Positions 19,422-31,249 of a DNA stretch of 64,000 nucleotides are shown here, in pieces. A program made the position numbers and the translations under genes. The notes under the pieces are model-generated. The model did not search any database. It was not told the origin of the DNA and worked only from the letters and a program-made list of their open reading frames with translations. The stretch spans positions 26,075 to 90,074 of the forward strand of contig QCHF01000001.1 in assembly GCA_003279605.1 (NCBI GenBank). Direction: 5' to 3'. The DNA is from SAR86 cluster bacterium AG-390-O18. GTDB lineage: Bacteria > Pseudomonadota > Gammaproteobacteria > Magnimaribacterales > AG-339-G14. Every line of letters starts with the position of its first letter. Position 1 is the first letter of the stretch.

Positions 19422-20161
19422 TGAATGCAATTGCAGCAAGTGAGATCAAAACTCTTCGATTGAGTATTTATAGATATGATCCCCTGAAGCAAGAGAAGCC
19501 ATACATGCAAGACTTTGATATCGATATACCGGCAGAAAAAGATTTAATGGTTTTAGATGTCTTAATGCTTGCAAAGGAACAAGATCCTTCAATCTCTTTC
19601 AGAAGATCTTGCCGTGAGGGAGTTTGTGGGTCTGATGGTTTAAACATAAATGGTAAAAATGGGCTTGGATGTATTACGCCTTTATCTGATGCAATCAAAT
19701 CTAATAAGCTTTCTATCAGACCTCTACCAGGTCTACCTGTTATTAAAGATTTAATTGTTGATATGAAACAATTTGTTGATCAGTATAAAAAAGTTAAACC
19801 ATATCTGATCACTGATAAAAAAGTCGATACTAGAGAAGCCATTCCTCAAACAATCGAAGAAAGAGAAAAGTTAGATGGCCTTTATGAGTGCATAATGTGC
19901 GGTTGCTGCTCTACTGCCTGTCCATCCTTCTGGTGGAACCCTGATAAATTCTTGGGACCGGCAGCTCTATTACAAGCATACAGATTTATTGCTGACAGCA
20001 GAGACACTGCTACAGAAGAAAGATTAGAGCAACTAGAAGATGCTTTTAGCGTTTTCAGATGTCATGGAATTATGAACTGCGTTTCAGTCTGTCCTAAAGG
20101 CTTGAACCCTACAAAAGCAATTGGTGAAATTAAAAAAATGTTAGTTAAAAGAGCTTTATAA
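19421..20161 (+). CDS. sdhB: Succinate dehydrogenase iron-sulfur subunit
   Basis: Contains CREGVCGSDG, CIMCGCCSTACP and CHGIMNCVSVCPKGLNP. Confidence 0.97.
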   Translation: MNAIAASEIKTLRLSIYRYDPLKQEKPYMQDFDIDIPAEKDLMVLDVLMLAKEQDPSISFRRSCREGVCGSDGLNINGKNGLGCITPLSDAIKSNKLSIRPLPGLPVIKDLIVDMKQFVDQYKKVKPYLITDKKVDTREAIPQTIEEREKLDGLYECIMCGCCSTACPSFWWNPDKFLGPAALLQAYRFIADSRDTATEERLEQLEDAFSVFRCHGIMNCVSVCPKGLNPTKAIGEIKKMLVKRAL

Positions 20162-20171
20162 TACTAACACT

Positions 20172-21329
20172 TTGAATTTACACGAATATCAGTCTAAACA
20201 ACTCCTAGAAAATTTTGACCTACCAACAGCTAAGTCTGTAGTAGTTTTTTCAGCAGAAGAAATTTCCAGTCTTATCAGTGAATTAGACGGTGAAGAATTT
20301 GTTGTCAAAGTTCAAGTTCATGCTGGCGGAAGAGGGAAAGTAGGCGGAGTTAAAATAACAAACGATATTGATGAGATTATAGAATTTGCTAAGGATTGGC
20401 TTGGAAAGAAATTTGTCAATCACCAGACTGGCGATGAAGGAAAACCAGTTTCTGCAATAATGATTGCAGAAAGTACTACGATCCAAAAAGAATTTTATCT
20501 AGGCGCTGTAATAGACAGAAGTTCTCAATCTTTGGTGGTGATGGCCTCACCAGAAGGAGGCATGGATATTGAAAAAGTTGCTGAGGAAAGTCCTGAGAAG
20601 ATTTTTAAGATCAATGTCAGTAAAAATAAGAAAGAAGATTTTGACATTCTACCTCTGGTTAATGGCCTCGGGTTGTCTCCCAACCAAACCGAAGAATTTA
20701 AGAAAATAGTTTCTGGATTGGTAAATTTATTTTTTGAAAAAGATCTTTCTTTGATTGAAATCAATCCTTTGGTTATAGATCAAAATGATTCTCTAAAATG
20801 TTTGGATGCAAAAATAAATATTGATGAAAATGCATTGTTTAGACAAGAAGATCTTTTAAAACTGCGAGATTCCTCGCAAGAAAATCAAAAGGAAATCGAA
20901 GCAGCAAAATGGGATCTTAACTATGTGGCTTTGGATGGAAATATAGGATGTATGGTGAATGGAGCTGGTCTTGCAATGGCAACAATGGATATCATTAAGC
21001 TTTCTGGGGGATTTCCAGCTAATTTTTTAGATGTTGGAGGTACTGTAGATAAAGAAAGAGTAGCCGAGGCTTTTAAGATCATTCTTTCTGATGAAAAAGT
21101 TAAGTCGGTCTTGATAAATATTTTTGGTGGAATTGTAAGGTGCGATGTCGTTGCCTCTGGGATAGTTTCAGCTGTTTCAGAAGTTGGAGTTGATATACCT
21201 GTTATCGTGAGACTCAAAGGTAATAATTCAGAAGAGGCAAAAAAAATTCTATCTGAAAGCGACCTTAATATTATTTCTGCGGATGATCTCTCAAAAGCAG
21301 CAGAATTAGCAGTTAAAAATTCAGGATGA
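20172..21329 (+). CDS. sucC: Succinate--CoA ligase (ADP-forming) beta subunit
   Basis: Starts [12 protein letters not shown] (TTG start) and contains [10 protein letters not shown]. It begins only 10 nt after sdhB. Confidence 0.96.
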   Translation: MNLHEYQSKQLLENFDLPTAKSVVVFSAEEISSLISELDGEEFVVKVQVHAGGRGKVGGVKITNDIDEIIEFAKDWLGKKFVNHQTGDEGKPVSAIMIAESTTIQKEFYLGAVIDRSSQSLVVMASPEGGMDIEKVAEESPEKIFKINVSKNKKEDFDILPLVNGLGLSPNQTEEFKKIVSGLVNLFFEKDLSLIEINPLVIDQNDSLKCLDAKINIDENALFRQEDLLKLRDSSQENQKEIEAAKWDLNYVALDGNIGCMVNGAGLAMATMDIIKLSGGFPANFLDVGGTVDKERVAEAFKIILSDEKVKSVLINIFGGIVRCDVVASGIVSAVSEVGVDIPVIVRLKGNNSEEAKKILSESDLNIISADDLSKAAELAVKNSG

Positions 21330-22198
21330 GTATCTTAATTAATAAAGAGACTAAAGTAATTTGTCAGGGATTTACTGGGGCACAAGGCACATTGCATTGC
21401 AGTCAAGCGATACAGTACGGAACCGATATTTTAGGTGGTGTGACTCCTGGTAAGGGTGGGCAAACCCATTTAGATCTTCCAGTCTTCAATTCCGTAAAAG
21501 AAGCAAAACAAGCCACTGAGGCAAATGCTAGTATAATTTTTGTTCCCGCCAAATTTTGTAAACCTTCAATAATTGAGGCAATAGAAAGCGGTATTGAATT
21601 GATAATCTGTATAACCGAAGGTATTCCAACTTTGGATATGTTAGAAGTTAAAGAACTAGCAGATAAGGAAGGCATAAGAATTATTGGTCCAAATTGTCCA
21701 GGAATAATTACGCCGGGTGAATGCAAATTAGGAATTATGCCGGGTTTCATTCATAGCCCTGGGAAGGTAGGAATTGTCTCAAGGTCAGGAACTCTTACCT
21801 ACGAAGCAGTTGATCAGACTACCAAGGTAGGTCTCGGACAGTCTACTTGTGTGGGTATAGGAGGAGATCCGCTTCCCGGTACAAGCTTTATTGATGTTTT
21901 AAAGCTTTTTGAAGAAGATCCTCAAACAGAAGGAATTGTTATGGTAGGAGAAATTGGGGGTTCAGCGGAGGAGGAAGCCGCAGAATATATCAAAGAAAAA
22001 GTCTCTAAGCCTGTAGTAGGTTACATAGCAGGAGTAAGCGCACCTCCCGGAAAAAGAATGGGCCATGCAGGTGCAATAATTTCCGGCGGCAAAGGAACTG
22101 CAGAAGACAAATTTAATGCTCTAGAAAGTGCTGGGGTAAGGATTGTTAAAAGTCCATCTGAAATAGGACAATCTATTTTAGAAGAAATCTCTCTTTAA
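21326..22198 (+). CDS. sucD: Succinate--CoA ligase alpha subunit
   Basis: Contains [21 protein letters not shown] and the GHAGAII phospho-His region. Confidence 0.97.
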   Translation: MSILINKETKVICQGFTGAQGTLHCSQAIQYGTDILGGVTPGKGGQTHLDLPVFNSVKEAKQATEANASIIFVPAKFCKPSIIEAIESGIELIICITEGIPTLDMLEVKELADKEGIRIIGPNCPGIITPGECKLGIMPGFIHSPGKVGIVSRSGTLTYEAVDQTTKVGLGQSTCVGIGGDPLPGTSFIDVLKLFEEDPQTEGIVMVGEIGGSAEEEAAEYIKEKVSKPVVGYIAGVSAPPGKRMGHAGAIISGGKGTAEDKFNALESAGVRIVKSPSEIGQSILEEISL

Positions 22199-23823
22199 GA
22201 TTTTTTATTCGAAATCTTAAAATCTGTTTTCGTTAAGAAACAAAATCCATAAGAAGATAGATTTAATTTTTTTGAGTCTTGCCCGACCTGCTGAGATGGA
22301 AGAAAAGGTATGATTTTTCCATAAGTATTATCTATCGCAATTTCTCTTTGGGATAAATTAAACATACAGCAAATTTCTTTCTCATTTCCTCTGTAAAAAA
22401 TCAAAACTTCATTATTATTTTCAAAATAAATCTCTTCGGTAAAGAAGGATATTTTTTTTCTTAAAGAAATAAATGTTTTATAAAAATGATAGGTTGAGTT
22501 TCTATTTTTTAATTGCTTTTTAACAGAGTTGATAATTTGTTCTTTTTTAATTGGAAGCCACGGCTTTGAACTTGAAAAGCCAGCAAATTTCTTACTTTCA
22601 TCCCAAATCATGGGAGTTCTACATCCATCTCTACCAAAATCCATAGGCCAGAATTTTTTTCCAGGAGGATCTTTTATTTCATCAAATTCAATTTTGGTTT
22701 GAGTTTGACCAAGCTCTTCACCCTGGTAAATGCATGGTGTTCCTTTCAATGACATGAGTAACGCACAAGTTAATTTTGCAAATTTTTGTCTATCTTTTTT
22801 TGTTTTATTCCACCTAGACAAATGCCTCACTACATCGTGATTGGAAAAACTCCATGTCGGCCACCCATCTTTAGTTTCTTTAAAAAATTTAGAAACAGTA
22901 TTCCTTATGTGTTTTGGAGAAAATTCATCTCTGAGAAGATCAAAACTGTAAGCCATATGCAGCTTGTCATTGTTCGCAGTGTATTTGGCTTGTAATTCAA
23001 CATTTGAAATTTCTCCAATCATCGTCGTTTCTTTATATTTATCTGTAAGCTTCCTTAGCTTTTTTAGGAATGCAAAATTATCTTTTTGATTAATTGAATA
23101 TTTTAAATTTTGATAATAGTAAGGATTTTTTCCAGAAGCTCTTGATTTGATAGCAGGATTATTTCTTAATTTTTTATCATGAAAATAATAATTAGCAGTA
23201 TCAAGCCTAAAGCCATCAATGCCTTTTTCTAGCCAAAACTTAACAGTTGAAAGTAACCATTTCTGAACATCTATGTTGTGGAAGTTAAAGTCTGGTTGTG
23301 ACTTTAAAAAATTATGTAAGTAATACTGTTCTCTACTGGTATCCCATTCCCATGCAGAACCTCCAAAAACAGAAAGCCAGTTATTTGGAGGAGAGCCATC
23401 AGGTTTAGGATCAGCCCAGACGTACCAATCCGATTTTGAATTATCTTTATTTGATTTACTGAGCTTAAAGAAAGGATGAGTATCAGAACTATGTGACAAA
23501 ACTTGATCAATTATTACTTTAATTTTATTTTCTTTGGCTTTTTTTATGAGTTTTTCAAAATCAAGAATATTTCCGAATAAGGGATCAATGTCAGTGTAAT
23601 TGGAAACATCGTAACCCATATCTTTCATAGGAGAGGTAAAAACTGGAGAAAGCCATATTGCATCAACACCTAATGAAGATAAGTAAGAAATTTTTTTGGA
23701 TATTCCTTTGAGATCACCAATACCATTTCCAGAAGTGTCATTGAAAGAACGTGGATAAATCTGATAAATAACTCCCTTTTTCCACCAAGGAAGGTTAGTT
23801 TCTGAAGAAAACTTTTTAGTCAC
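22195..23823 (-). CDS. GH13 alpha-glucosidase / oligo-1,6-glucosidase family
   Basis: Contains [49 protein letters not shown] and GEI; 542 aa. Confidence 0.88.
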   Translation of the reverse strand: MTKKFSSETNLPWWKKGVIYQIYPRSFNDTSGNGIGDLKGISKKISYLSSLGVDAIWLSPVFTSPMKDMGYDVSNYTDIDPLFGNILDFEKLIKKAKENKIKVIIDQVLSHSSDTHPFFKLSKSNKDNSKSDWYVWADPKPDGSPPNNWLSVFGGSAWEWDTSREQYYLHNFLKSQPDFNFHNIDVQKWLLSTVKFWLEKGIDGFRLDTANYYFHDKKLRNNPAIKSRASGKNPYYYQNLKYSINQKDNFAFLKKLRKLTDKYKETTMIGEISNVELQAKYTANNDKLHMAYSFDLLRDEFSPKHIRNTVSKFFKETKDGWPTWSFSNHDVVRHLSRWNKTKKDRQKFAKLTCALLMSLKGTPCIYQGEELGQTQTKIEFDEIKDPPGKKFWPMDFGRDGCRTPMIWDESKKFAGFSSSKPWLPIKKEQIINSVKKQLKNRNSTYHFYKTFISLRKKISFFTEEIYFENNNEVLIFYRGNEKEICCMFNLSQREIAIDNTYGKIIPFLPSQQVGQDSKKLNLSSYGFCFLTKTDFKISNKKS

Positions 23824-24853
23824 TCACTTTTATAAGTTGTTTTCCAAAATTCTTACCGCTTAATACATCTCTTAACCCCTGTGGGGCATTCTCGATGCCT
23901 TCTAAGACGGTTTCTTTATATTTTATTTTACCTTGACGCATCCATTCAGCTAACTCACGTGTTGCCTGTTCCCACTTTTCATTAAATTCTGTAACCACAA
24001 AAAATCTATGCTCAGGCGCTGGATCTAAATTCCCAAAGATATCAAAAGGAGTTTCTGGCAACTCACTGCTTTCTGAGATATTTGAATTAAAGGAATTATA
24101 GGCTGAGATAAAGCCACAAATTGGAACTCTAGCTCCAGGATTGAGAAGCTCGGCAACTGCTTTTGAAACTTCTCCACCGACGTTTTCAAAATAGATGTCT
24201 ATCCCATCTGAACAAGACCCAGATAAGTCATCTCTAAATGTTTTTGATTTATAGTCAATGGCATAATCTAGTCCCATCACATCTTTAACAAAATCACATT
24301 TTTTCTTTCCGCCTGCGATACCTATAGTTTTACAACCAATAAGTTTAGCCATTTGACCAACGACAGAGCCCACAGCTCCAGAGGCTGCAGATACAACCAC
24401 AGTATCACTTTCTTTTACCTTTCCTACCTCTTTAAGCCCAAAATAAGCTGTTCTACCTGGCATACCTGCTGGCCCTAAAAAAGATTGTATTGGGGCCAAG
24501 TCAGGATGAATTCTCATTAAGGCAGGATTATCATCATTGCATCTAATGAAAGACTGCCAACCCAAGTGGGCTGCAACGTAATCTCCAATTTGGAATTTCT
24601 CAGATCTAGATTGAATTACTTGCCCAACACTTTCACCTGTCATTACCTCTCCTATTGCAACAGGCTCGGTATAAGATTTCATATCATTCATTCTGCCTCG
24701 CATGTATGGATCAATAGAGAGATACATCACTTTAATTAAGATTTGGTTTTCATCAAGATCATTTAAGTAAGTCTCTTCTAATTTCCAACATTCATCTTCC
24801 GGCATGCCTTCAGGTCTTTTTGCTAAGACCCATCTCTTATTAATTTTTTCCAT
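23816..24853 (-). CDS. NADP-dependent alkenal/enone oxidoreductase (MDR family, YncB/CurA/PTGR1-like)
   Basis: Contains WVLAKRPEGMP, YLSIDPYMRGRM and VVSAASGAVGSVVGQ. Confidence 0.8.
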   Translation of the reverse strand: MEKINKRWVLAKRPEGMPEDECWKLEETYLNDLDENQILIKVMYLSIDPYMRGRMNDMKSYTEPVAIGEVMTGESVGQVIQSRSEKFQIGDYVAAHLGWQSFIRCNDDNPALMRIHPDLAPIQSFLGPAGMPGRTAYFGLKEVGKVKESDTVVVSAASGAVGSVVGQMAKLIGCKTIGIAGGKKKCDFVKDVMGLDYAIDYKSKTFRDDLSGSCSDGIDIYFENVGGEVSKAVAELLNPGARVPICGFISAYNSFNSNISESSELPETPFDIFGNLDPAPEHRFFVVTEFNEKWEQATRELAEWMRQGKIKYKETVLEGIENAPQGLRDVLSGKNFGKQLIKVSD

Positions 24854-24858
24854 ATTCC

Positions 24859-25080
24859 TTATTCTCCCTTTTTTACTTTGAATGTAATGATTCCATCTTC
24901 TTCAGAAAAAGAAATCAACGAATGATTAAGATATTCGCAGAACTTTTTAACATCTTTAATTGCAGTAGGATCTGTGGCTATGAGAGTTACTTCATCGCCA
25001 TTTTTAGCTTCATGAATAGATTGATGAAGAAGCATTATTGGCTCAGGACATTTAAGACCTTTGGCATCTATTTCAATCAT
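24859..25080 (-). CDS. TusA-family sulfur carrier-like protein
   Basis: A 73-aa protein with the D..GL.CP.P motif (IDAKGLKCPEPIMLL). Confidence 0.75.
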   Translation of the reverse strand: MIEIDAKGLKCPEPIMLLHQSIHEAKNGDEVTLIATDPTAIKDVKKFCEYLNHSLISFSEEDGIITFKVKKGE

Positions 25081-26490
25081 TCAAGAATTTAAGACAAATC
25101 TATTTCTACCTCTTCCAGTAGTATAATTAACTCTTGCAATAACAAAAGCTGCCGAAACAAAAAGACCAACTGTCAAACCGATCCACATACCTGGTGCCCC
25201 AATAGGATCAGAAAAGAAGTTAGTCATTGATAATGTGTATCCAATTGGCATGCCAATAATCCAATAAGCAATAAACATAAAAAAGAATAAAATCTGGGTA
25301 TCTTTAAAACCTCTCAAAGCACCTACGCCAGAGAAGTTAAGCCCATCTGCAATTTGAAATATAGCAGCAATTATTAATAATGTAGCTGCTAACTTCACAA
25401 TTTCAGTATCTGGATTGAAGAAGCTAGCAAGGTAATTACCAAACTCTATAAGAATGAAGGTATTTATAATTGCTAAGAACAAAGCAAAAAACATTGCAAA
25501 AAATGAAGAATATCTTGCTCTGTCTAATGAGTTTGACCCTACTAAATTTCCAACTCTAACATTGGCTGCTAAGCCTATCGAAAGGGGCAACATAAAAGTT
25601 AAAGTAGTAACTTGCATGGCAATCGCATGAGCAGAAATAACATTTTCACCAAGCCTACTTAAAATCAAACCCGCCCCACTAAAAACAGCTATTTCTATGA
25701 ATAAGGTGCCCCCAATAGGAATCCCAAGTTTTATGATTTCAGAAATTTGTTTTGGATCAGGAGATTCAAAACTCTCAAAAAATCTAATCTCCTTAAAAAA
25801 CTTTGAAAAATAAATGTATCCAAGAATGATTAAAAGAGAAGACCACGAAGAAATTAAAAATGCTATTCCACAACCTTTACCGCCTAATTCAGGAAAGCCA
25901 AACTTACCGAAAATCAAAACGTAATTTACTAGAGCATTTATTAAAACCATCACAATATTTATGTAAGTAATGGGAAGAGGTTTTTTCATACCTTCACACA
26001 TGGACCTCAAGGGTTGGAATAAAAACATTGCCGGAGCTCCTATCATCAACCCAAATAAATAATCCTTTGTAATAGTCTTTACTTCTTCGGGAGTGCCTAA
26101 AATATTAAGAAGTGAATCAGCATTCAACGTATAAACGACGAATAAAAGAATCAAAGGAATTGTCAGCCAATAGGATTGCTTTACGATAGGTCCAATTTTT
26201 GTAATTTGCTTTGCTCCATAAAATTGAGCAACAAAAGAAGTAACGATAAACAACACACCAGCAATCCCAAAATAAGCAGGCCAAAAAAGCATATTACCTA
26301 TAGCTACAGCGGCCTGATCAATGGTGTTGTAATTACCAGTCATCAAAGCAGAAATTACTCCTGTCGCGTGAGCTGCTAATTGAGTTAAGAGCATTGGAGT
26401 TGCTAATTTAAAATATTCCTTGGCTTCTTCCGAAGCTACTGATCTTTTTAAAACGCTATCTTCTGTTGAAGGGTTGAGGGTTTCTTTCAT
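25081..26490 (-). CDS. MATE family multidrug/sodium efflux transporter
   Basis: 469 aa and about 12 TM segments, with NorM-like repeated halves. Confidence 0.82.
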   Translation of the reverse strand: MKETLNPSTEDSVLKRSVASEEAKEYFKLATPMLLTQLAAHATGVISALMTGNYNTIDQAAVAIGNMLFWPAYFGIAGVLFIVTSFVAQFYGAKQITKIGPIVKQSYWLTIPLILLFVVYTLNADSLLNILGTPEEVKTITKDYLFGLMIGAPAMFLFQPLRSMCEGMKKPLPITYINIVMVLINALVNYVLIFGKFGFPELGGKGCGIAFLISSWSSLLIILGYIYFSKFFKEIRFFESFESPDPKQISEIIKLGIPIGGTLFIEIAVFSGAGLILSRLGENVISAHAIAMQVTTLTFMLPLSIGLAANVRVGNLVGSNSLDRARYSSFFAMFFALFLAIINTFILIEFGNYLASFFNPDTEIVKLAATLLIIAAIFQIADGLNFSGVGALRGFKDTQILFFFMFIAYWIIGMPIGYTLSMTNFFSDPIGAPGMWIGLTVGLFVSAAFVIARVNYTTGRGRNRFVLNS

Positions 26491-26631
26491 AGAATCGCTG
26501 TATCATACAGGAAGTAAAAATATCTGGAGATTAAAATTAGAAAAGACAATAGACCTTTTTGGCTTAAAAGAATTCATTGGTGGCTTGATCAACAATACAT
26601 AAAAAAAATTATCACTCCTCAATTTGATCAT

Positions 26632-27258
26632 TTGGGGACCAGTCCACTTATTTTGGGTGTTAAATATCTTCACGTATCTGGTAAAAACATATCGGTTGGA
26701 GATTTCGCAACTTTTATAACATCCCCAGACGCTCATGTTCATATCACTACTTGGAATGCAGACAAACACGATGGAAAAATAGAAGCAGGTAAGTTTTGTT
26801 TGTTTAGTCCAGGAGTAAGAATTTCTGCAGCTACATCAATAAAAATTGGAGATTCATGTATGTTTGCCAATGGGGCATACATTTCTGACTCTGATTGGCA
26901 TGGTATTTATGATAGAGCTTTGCCTGTTGGAAAGTCTTTAGAAGTAGTTTTAGAAGACAACGTTTGGATAGGAGATAGTGCAATTGTTAACAAAGGGGTA
27001 AGAATTGGAAAAAATAGCATTGTTGGCGCAGGATCGGTAGTGGTAAAAGATGTTCCTTCAAATGTAGTAGTTGCTGGCAATCCGGCAAAAGTAGTAAAAG
27101 AATTAGACGAGAGTGAAAAAATGATTTCCAGAGCAGATATGTTTTCTTCCCCTAAAGAATTAGATGATTTGTATCTCAAAATCGATCAAATTAGCCTTAA
27201 AAACAATTCTTTTTTTGGCTGGATTAAAAGCAAGTTGCTGCCTAACAAAAACAATTGA
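26632..27258 (+). CDS. Hexapeptide-repeat (left-handed beta-helix) acyl/acetyltransferase
   Basis: Hexapeptide repeats are present ([45 protein letters not shown]). The start is uncertain: TTG at 26632 or 26653, with no in-frame ATG near the 5' end. Confidence 0.75.
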   Translation: MGTSPLILGVKYLHVSGKNISVGDFATFITSPDAHVHITTWNADKHDGKIEAGKFCLFSPGVRISAATSIKIGDSCMFANGAYISDSDWHGIYDRALPVGKSLEVVLEDNVWIGDSAIVNKGVRIGKNSIVGAGSVVVKDVPSNVVVAGNPAKVVKELDESEKMISRADMFSSPKELDDLYLKIDQISLKNNSFFGWIKSKLLPNKNN

Positions 27259-28361
27259 TGAATATTGTTATTAATAAAGATTTACAACACTTAACTAAAA
27301 CATTTGAAAGTAATTCTAAATTCAATGTTCGAAGCCTTGCGTCACACAAAATCTCAAATCAAGCTATCAAAGATTCCGACGCTGTCTTTTTGAGATCTAC
27401 GACGAAAATTAATGAAGAATTGTTAGATAACACTAACGTAAAATTTGTTGCTTCTTTAACTTCAGGAGAAGATCATATAGATCAAGATTACCTTGAAAAC
27501 TCAAATATTTATCTTTCTACAGGAAAGGGCGGAAATGCATTGGCTGTCGTTGAATATTTACTAAGTGTTTTATCTGTCTTGATTATTGGTAATAAAATTA
27601 AACCTTATGAGGCAAAGTTTGGCATTATCGGTTATGGCAATATAGGCAAAAGATTTAAAAATATTTTGGATGAAATTAATTTTCCTTGTTGTATTTACGA
27701 TCCATATTTTCCTGAAGTTTCCTCTAGTCTTAATGAAGTTTTATCCTCGGAAGTAATTTCCTTAAACTGTTCTTATTCCAAAACTGGGAAATTTCCATCT
27801 CATAATCTTTTAGACATAAATTTTCTGAAAGAAATGAAGGATGATCAATTTTTAATTAATTCTTCAAGGGGCGAAGTTCTAAGTGACGAGTACTACTTAT
27901 CAAAAAAATCGGACAATTTTATTTTCGATGTATGGCCTAACGAACCCAATCTTAACTTAACAAAGTTCAAAAAGCCTTTTATAGCGACTCCACATATTGC
28001 TGGAAAAACAATGAGCGCGGAAAATAAATTCATTGAAAAAGCTTTAAGTGAATTTAATCAATTCTTTGATAAAAATATAGAGGTAATCGAACCAAAGAAA
28101 TTTATAGACTTTACAATAGATAATTCCATAGATGAGGAAATAGAAGTCTTCGGAATTCCGCCTTCTATTTTTCTAAAAATTTATGATGTTAAAAGAGATG
28201 ACTTCGCCTTTAAAAGTTTTTTTAAAAAACAAGAAGATCCAAGAGATTTTCAGGAATTAAGAACTTCACTCAAAAGGCTAGGTTTCAGTAATCATAAAAT
28301 AGTTGGTGATGTAAGCACTGCAGCCAAAACAAAATTAGATCTTTTTGGATTCAGACTTTAA
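27255..28361 (+). CDS. pdxB: Erythronate-4-phosphate dehydrogenase
   Basis: The PdxB-type N-terminus and D-2-hydroxyacid dehydrogenase fold are present ([44 protein letters not shown]). The C-terminal dimerisation extension is also there; 368 aa. Confidence 0.8.
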   Translation: MMNIVINKDLQHLTKTFESNSKFNVRSLASHKISNQAIKDSDAVFLRSTTKINEELLDNTNVKFVASLTSGEDHIDQDYLENSNIYLSTGKGGNALAVVEYLLSVLSVLIIGNKIKPYEAKFGIIGYGNIGKRFKNILDEINFPCCIYDPYFPEVSSSLNEVLSSEVISLNCSYSKTGKFPSHNLLDINFLKEMKDDQFLINSSRGEVLSDEYYLSKKSDNFIFDVWPNEPNLNLTKFKKPFIATPHIAGKTMSAENKFIEKALSEFNQFFDKNIEVIEPKKFIDFTIDNSIDEEIEVFGIPPSIFLKIYDVKRDDFAFKSFFKKQEDPRDFQELRTSLKRLGFSNHKIVGDVSTAAKTKLDLFGFRL

Positions 28362-28393
28362 GAAAGGCATGAATTGTCTAGTATAATAATCCA

Positions 28394-29305
28394 ATGATTA
28401 ACCCAAATACTCTTCTTTCTGAAGAAGAAATAGCCATTTTGAGAGATTCTAAGGATTGGAGGAATTATTTAGCTATTGTTAGTATTTGGGTTCAAATTGC
28501 TCTTGGTTTTCTTATTTTTTCTTTTTCACCAAGTATCTTAACCTTTATAATTGCCGCTCTTATTATTGGAACCAGACAGTTTGCCTTGGTAGTAATGATG
28601 CACGATGGTGCTCATAATTTGATTTCAAAGAATAAAAAGATTAACGACTTTATTTCTCAGTGGCTTTGTGCCTATCCAATGATGACAGAGACGGAAAATT
28701 ATAGAAAATATCACTTAAAACACCATAAACACACGGAAACCGATTTAGATCCTGATAAAAGTCTGACCGATCCTTTTCCAGTGTCAAAAAAAAGCTTTTC
28801 TCGAAAAGTATTAAGAGATTTAACTGGCGTAGCTGGCTTGAGGCGTTATTTTGGCTATTTGTATTCAGCATGGGGCGTAAATGAAAATAATTTTTTTGGA
28901 CACCTAAAACATTTTGTTTCTTCGCTTTATGGTTTTTTAATTTGTCAGGCAGTGATTTTTACGACATTAGCTTTTTTTAATGTGCCATGGCTATATTTAC
29001 TTTTGTGGTGGATACCAAAATTAACAATTTTCAGTTTGTTTTATAGGCTGAGAAGCATCTCAGAGCACGCTTGTACATCTGGACAAGATGACTTTACTCA
29101 CACTAGAACAACTTTATCTTCAAATTTTGTAAGATATTTTATCGCGCCTTTGAATGTAAATTATCATATTGAGCATCATTTATTTATGTTTTGCCCATGG
29201 TATAACCTTCCTAAAGCTCACGAAATGCTGAAAAAGAAAGATTTCTATAAAGATCTAGAAATTGAAAACGGTTATCTCAACGTTTTTAAAAAAGTAATTA
29301 TCTAG
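28394..29305 (+). CDS. Membrane fatty-acid desaturase family di-iron protein (substrate unknown)
   Basis: Three His boxes (HDGAHN, HLKHHKH, HIEHHLF) occur between TM segments. Confidence 0.75.
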   Translation: MINPNTLLSEEEIAILRDSKDWRNYLAIVSIWVQIALGFLIFSFSPSILTFIIAALIIGTRQFALVVMMHDGAHNLISKNKKINDFISQWLCAYPMMTETENYRKYHLKHHKHTETDLDPDKSLTDPFPVSKKSFSRKVLRDLTGVAGLRRYFGYLYSAWGVNENNFFGHLKHFVSSLYGFLICQAVIFTTLAFFNVPWLYLLLWWIPKLTIFSLFYRLRSISEHACTSGQDDFTHTRTTLSSNFVRYFIAPLNVNYHIEHHLFMFCPWYNLPKAHEMLKKKDFYKDLEIENGYLNVFKKVII

Positions 29306-29306
29306 A

Positions 29307-29690
29307 ATGAATAAAGAAGATCTCAAAGGTAAGATTTCTAAAGCTTCTTTCATAGTCACTCAAGAGCATGGAACTGAAGCACCTTTCTCTGGTGAACTTT
29401 TGGATACAAAAGAGGAAGGTATTTTTACTTGTGTTTGTTGTGGCAACGAGCTTTTTTCTTCAGCTACAAAATATGATTCCGGAACGGGATGGCCAAGCTT
29501 TTGGGATGTCCTTAATGAAAATTCTGTTGGTGAAGAAATTGATAAAAGTCATGGGATGATTCGAACAGAAGTGCATTGTCAAAAGTGCGGCGCTCATTTA
29601 GGACATTTGTTTCCTGATGGGCCAATGCCCACAGGAAAAAGGTATTGTATGAATTCTGTTGCAATGCAGTTTAAACAATCTGATAAGTAA
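29307..29690 (+). CDS. msrB: Peptide-methionine (R)-S-oxide reductase
   Basis: Zn Cys pairs are present (CVCCGNELF, CQKCGAHLGH), with GWPSF and the catalytic RYCMNS. Confidence 0.95.
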   Translation: MNKEDLKGKISKASFIVTQEHGTEAPFSGELLDTKEEGIFTCVCCGNELFSSATKYDSGTGWPSFWDVLNENSVGEEIDKSHGMIRTEVHCQKCGAHLGHLFPDGPMPTGKRYCMNSVAMQFKQSDK

Positions 29691-29692
29691 AG

Positions 29693-31249
29693 TTGGATTC
29701 CTCGCAAAGTCAAAAGACTAAAACTTCTCTAAAAACTTTAGTTGTATCATTTTGGACTTTTATTTCAAGAATATTTGGAGTTTTAAGAGATATAGCAACT
29801 ACATACATTTTAGGAGCCGGAGTTGCTCACGATGTATTTGTGGTAATGCTAAAAATACCTAATTTATTTAGAAGGCTAGTTGCTGAGGGTGCTTTTAGCC
29901 AAGCTTTTATTCCTGTCTTTACAGAATACAAGAACAATCAATCAAAAGAAGAGCTAAAGAAGCTAATAGATTTAACTTTTACTGCAATTTCGTCATTGGT
30001 CTTATTCTTATGTATTTTATTTATGATTTTTGCTCCAATCGTGGTTTTTATTTTTGCTCCAGGGTTTTATTTTGATCCGGAAAAAAAAATTCTTGCAATA
30101 GAAATCTTAAGAATTACTTTTCCTTACTTATTTTTTGTATCTTTGGTTGCTTTTTTTGGATCTATACTGAATTCTTTCAGTCTCTTTTCCATCCCAGCTG
30201 CAACTCCTATCGCTTTTAATTTAAGCATAATTATCGGAGCAATATTTTTTACAGATTACTTCGAACTCCCGGTTTTAGCTATTGCCTGGGGAGTATTTGC
30301 TGCAGGACTCATTCAGTTTTTTATAAATATAATTCCCATCCTCAAACTTAAGCTGTTTCCAAAATTAAAATTGGACTTTAATCATCCTGGATTAAAAAAA
30401 ATTTCAATATTGATGCTCCCAGGAATTTTAAGTGGGGGAATAATTCAAATTAATATCCTTATAGATACAATTTTCGCATCCCTACTACAAACCGGAAGTC
30501 CAACTTGGCTATATCTTTCTGATAGATTAATTCAATTGCCTTTAGGAATTTTTGCTATTGCTGCAGCTACAGTCATTTTGCCTGCTTTATCAAATGCTGC
30601 TGCTCTAAAAAATGATTTGGAATTCAATGAAAAATTTAATTGGGCTTTAAAATTCATATTTATTGTAGGTATACCGTCTTCAGTTGGACTATATTTTTTA
30701 AGTTCGGAAATTATTAGCATTTTATTCTTGCGAGGTGAGTTTTCAATTTCAGATGCTCTTATGACAAGTTACAGTTTAAAAGCATTTTGTTTTGGGTTGA
30801 TTGCATTTATGGCTATAAAAATTCTTAATGTAGGTTTTTTTGCAAGACAAGATCCCAAAACTCCAATGTATGTCGCTCTAATATCCTTGATCCTTAATGT
30901 TATTTTCAATTGGATATTCGCTTTTAAGTTTGGTTATGGCCATGTTGGCTTAGCAATTGGAAGCGTTATAGCTGCAATAGTTAGCTTTTTTATTCTAAGT
31001 TTTATACTTATTAAACGTTCAATATTAACTCTAGAAGAGGATTCAGTGATTTTTCTTTTAAAAATTATTATCAGTTCTTTAGGTTTATTTTTCGGACTCG
31101 TCGGCTTTCAAACATTATTTCCTAACTTTTCTGACTGGAGTTTATTAATTCAAATTTTTAATTTGCTTTTAATTATTTTCTTTGGAGCATTTATATATTT
31201 TGGTTTAATGTTTGTATTCGGGTTAAGGATGAGTTTTTTTAAAAATTAA
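29693..31249 (+). CDS. murJ: Lipid II flippase MurJ
   Basis: Contains SRIFGVLRDIATTYILGAG and AEGAFSQAFIPVF. 518 aa, multi-TM, TTG start. Confidence 0.92.
   Translation: MDSSQSQKTKTSLKTLVVSFWTFISRIFGVLRDIATTYILGAGVAHDVFVVMLKIPNLFRRLVAEGAFSQAFIPVFTEYKNNQSKEELKKLIDLTFTAISSLVLFLCILFMIFAPIVVFIFAPGFYFDPEKKILAIEILRITFPYLFFVSLVAFFGSILNSFSLFSIPAATPIAFNLSIIIGAIFFTDYFELPVLAIAWGVFAAGLIQFFINIIPILKLKLFPKLKLDFNHPGLKKISILMLPGILSGGIIQINILIDTIFASLLQTGSPTWLYLSDRLIQLPLGIFAIAAATVILPALSNAAALKNDLEFNEKFNWALKFIFIVGIPSSVGLYFLSSEIISILFLRGEFSISDALMTSYSLKAFCFGLIAFMAIKILNVGFFARQDPKTPMYVALISLILNVIFNWIFAFKFGYGHVGLAIGSVIAAIVSFFILSFILIKRSILTLEEDSVIFLLKIIISSLGLFFGLVGFQTLFPNFSDWSLLIQIFNLLLIIFFGAFIYFGLMFVFGLRMSFFKN

Noticed and set aside
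26420-26769. A 60-aa ORF (+) and an 88-aa ORF (-) spanning the MATE/acetyltransferase intergenic region.
   Set aside because: Both overlap the ends of well-supported genes, have low-complexity AT-driven composition and contain no recognisable motifs. The region is more likely promoter DNA.
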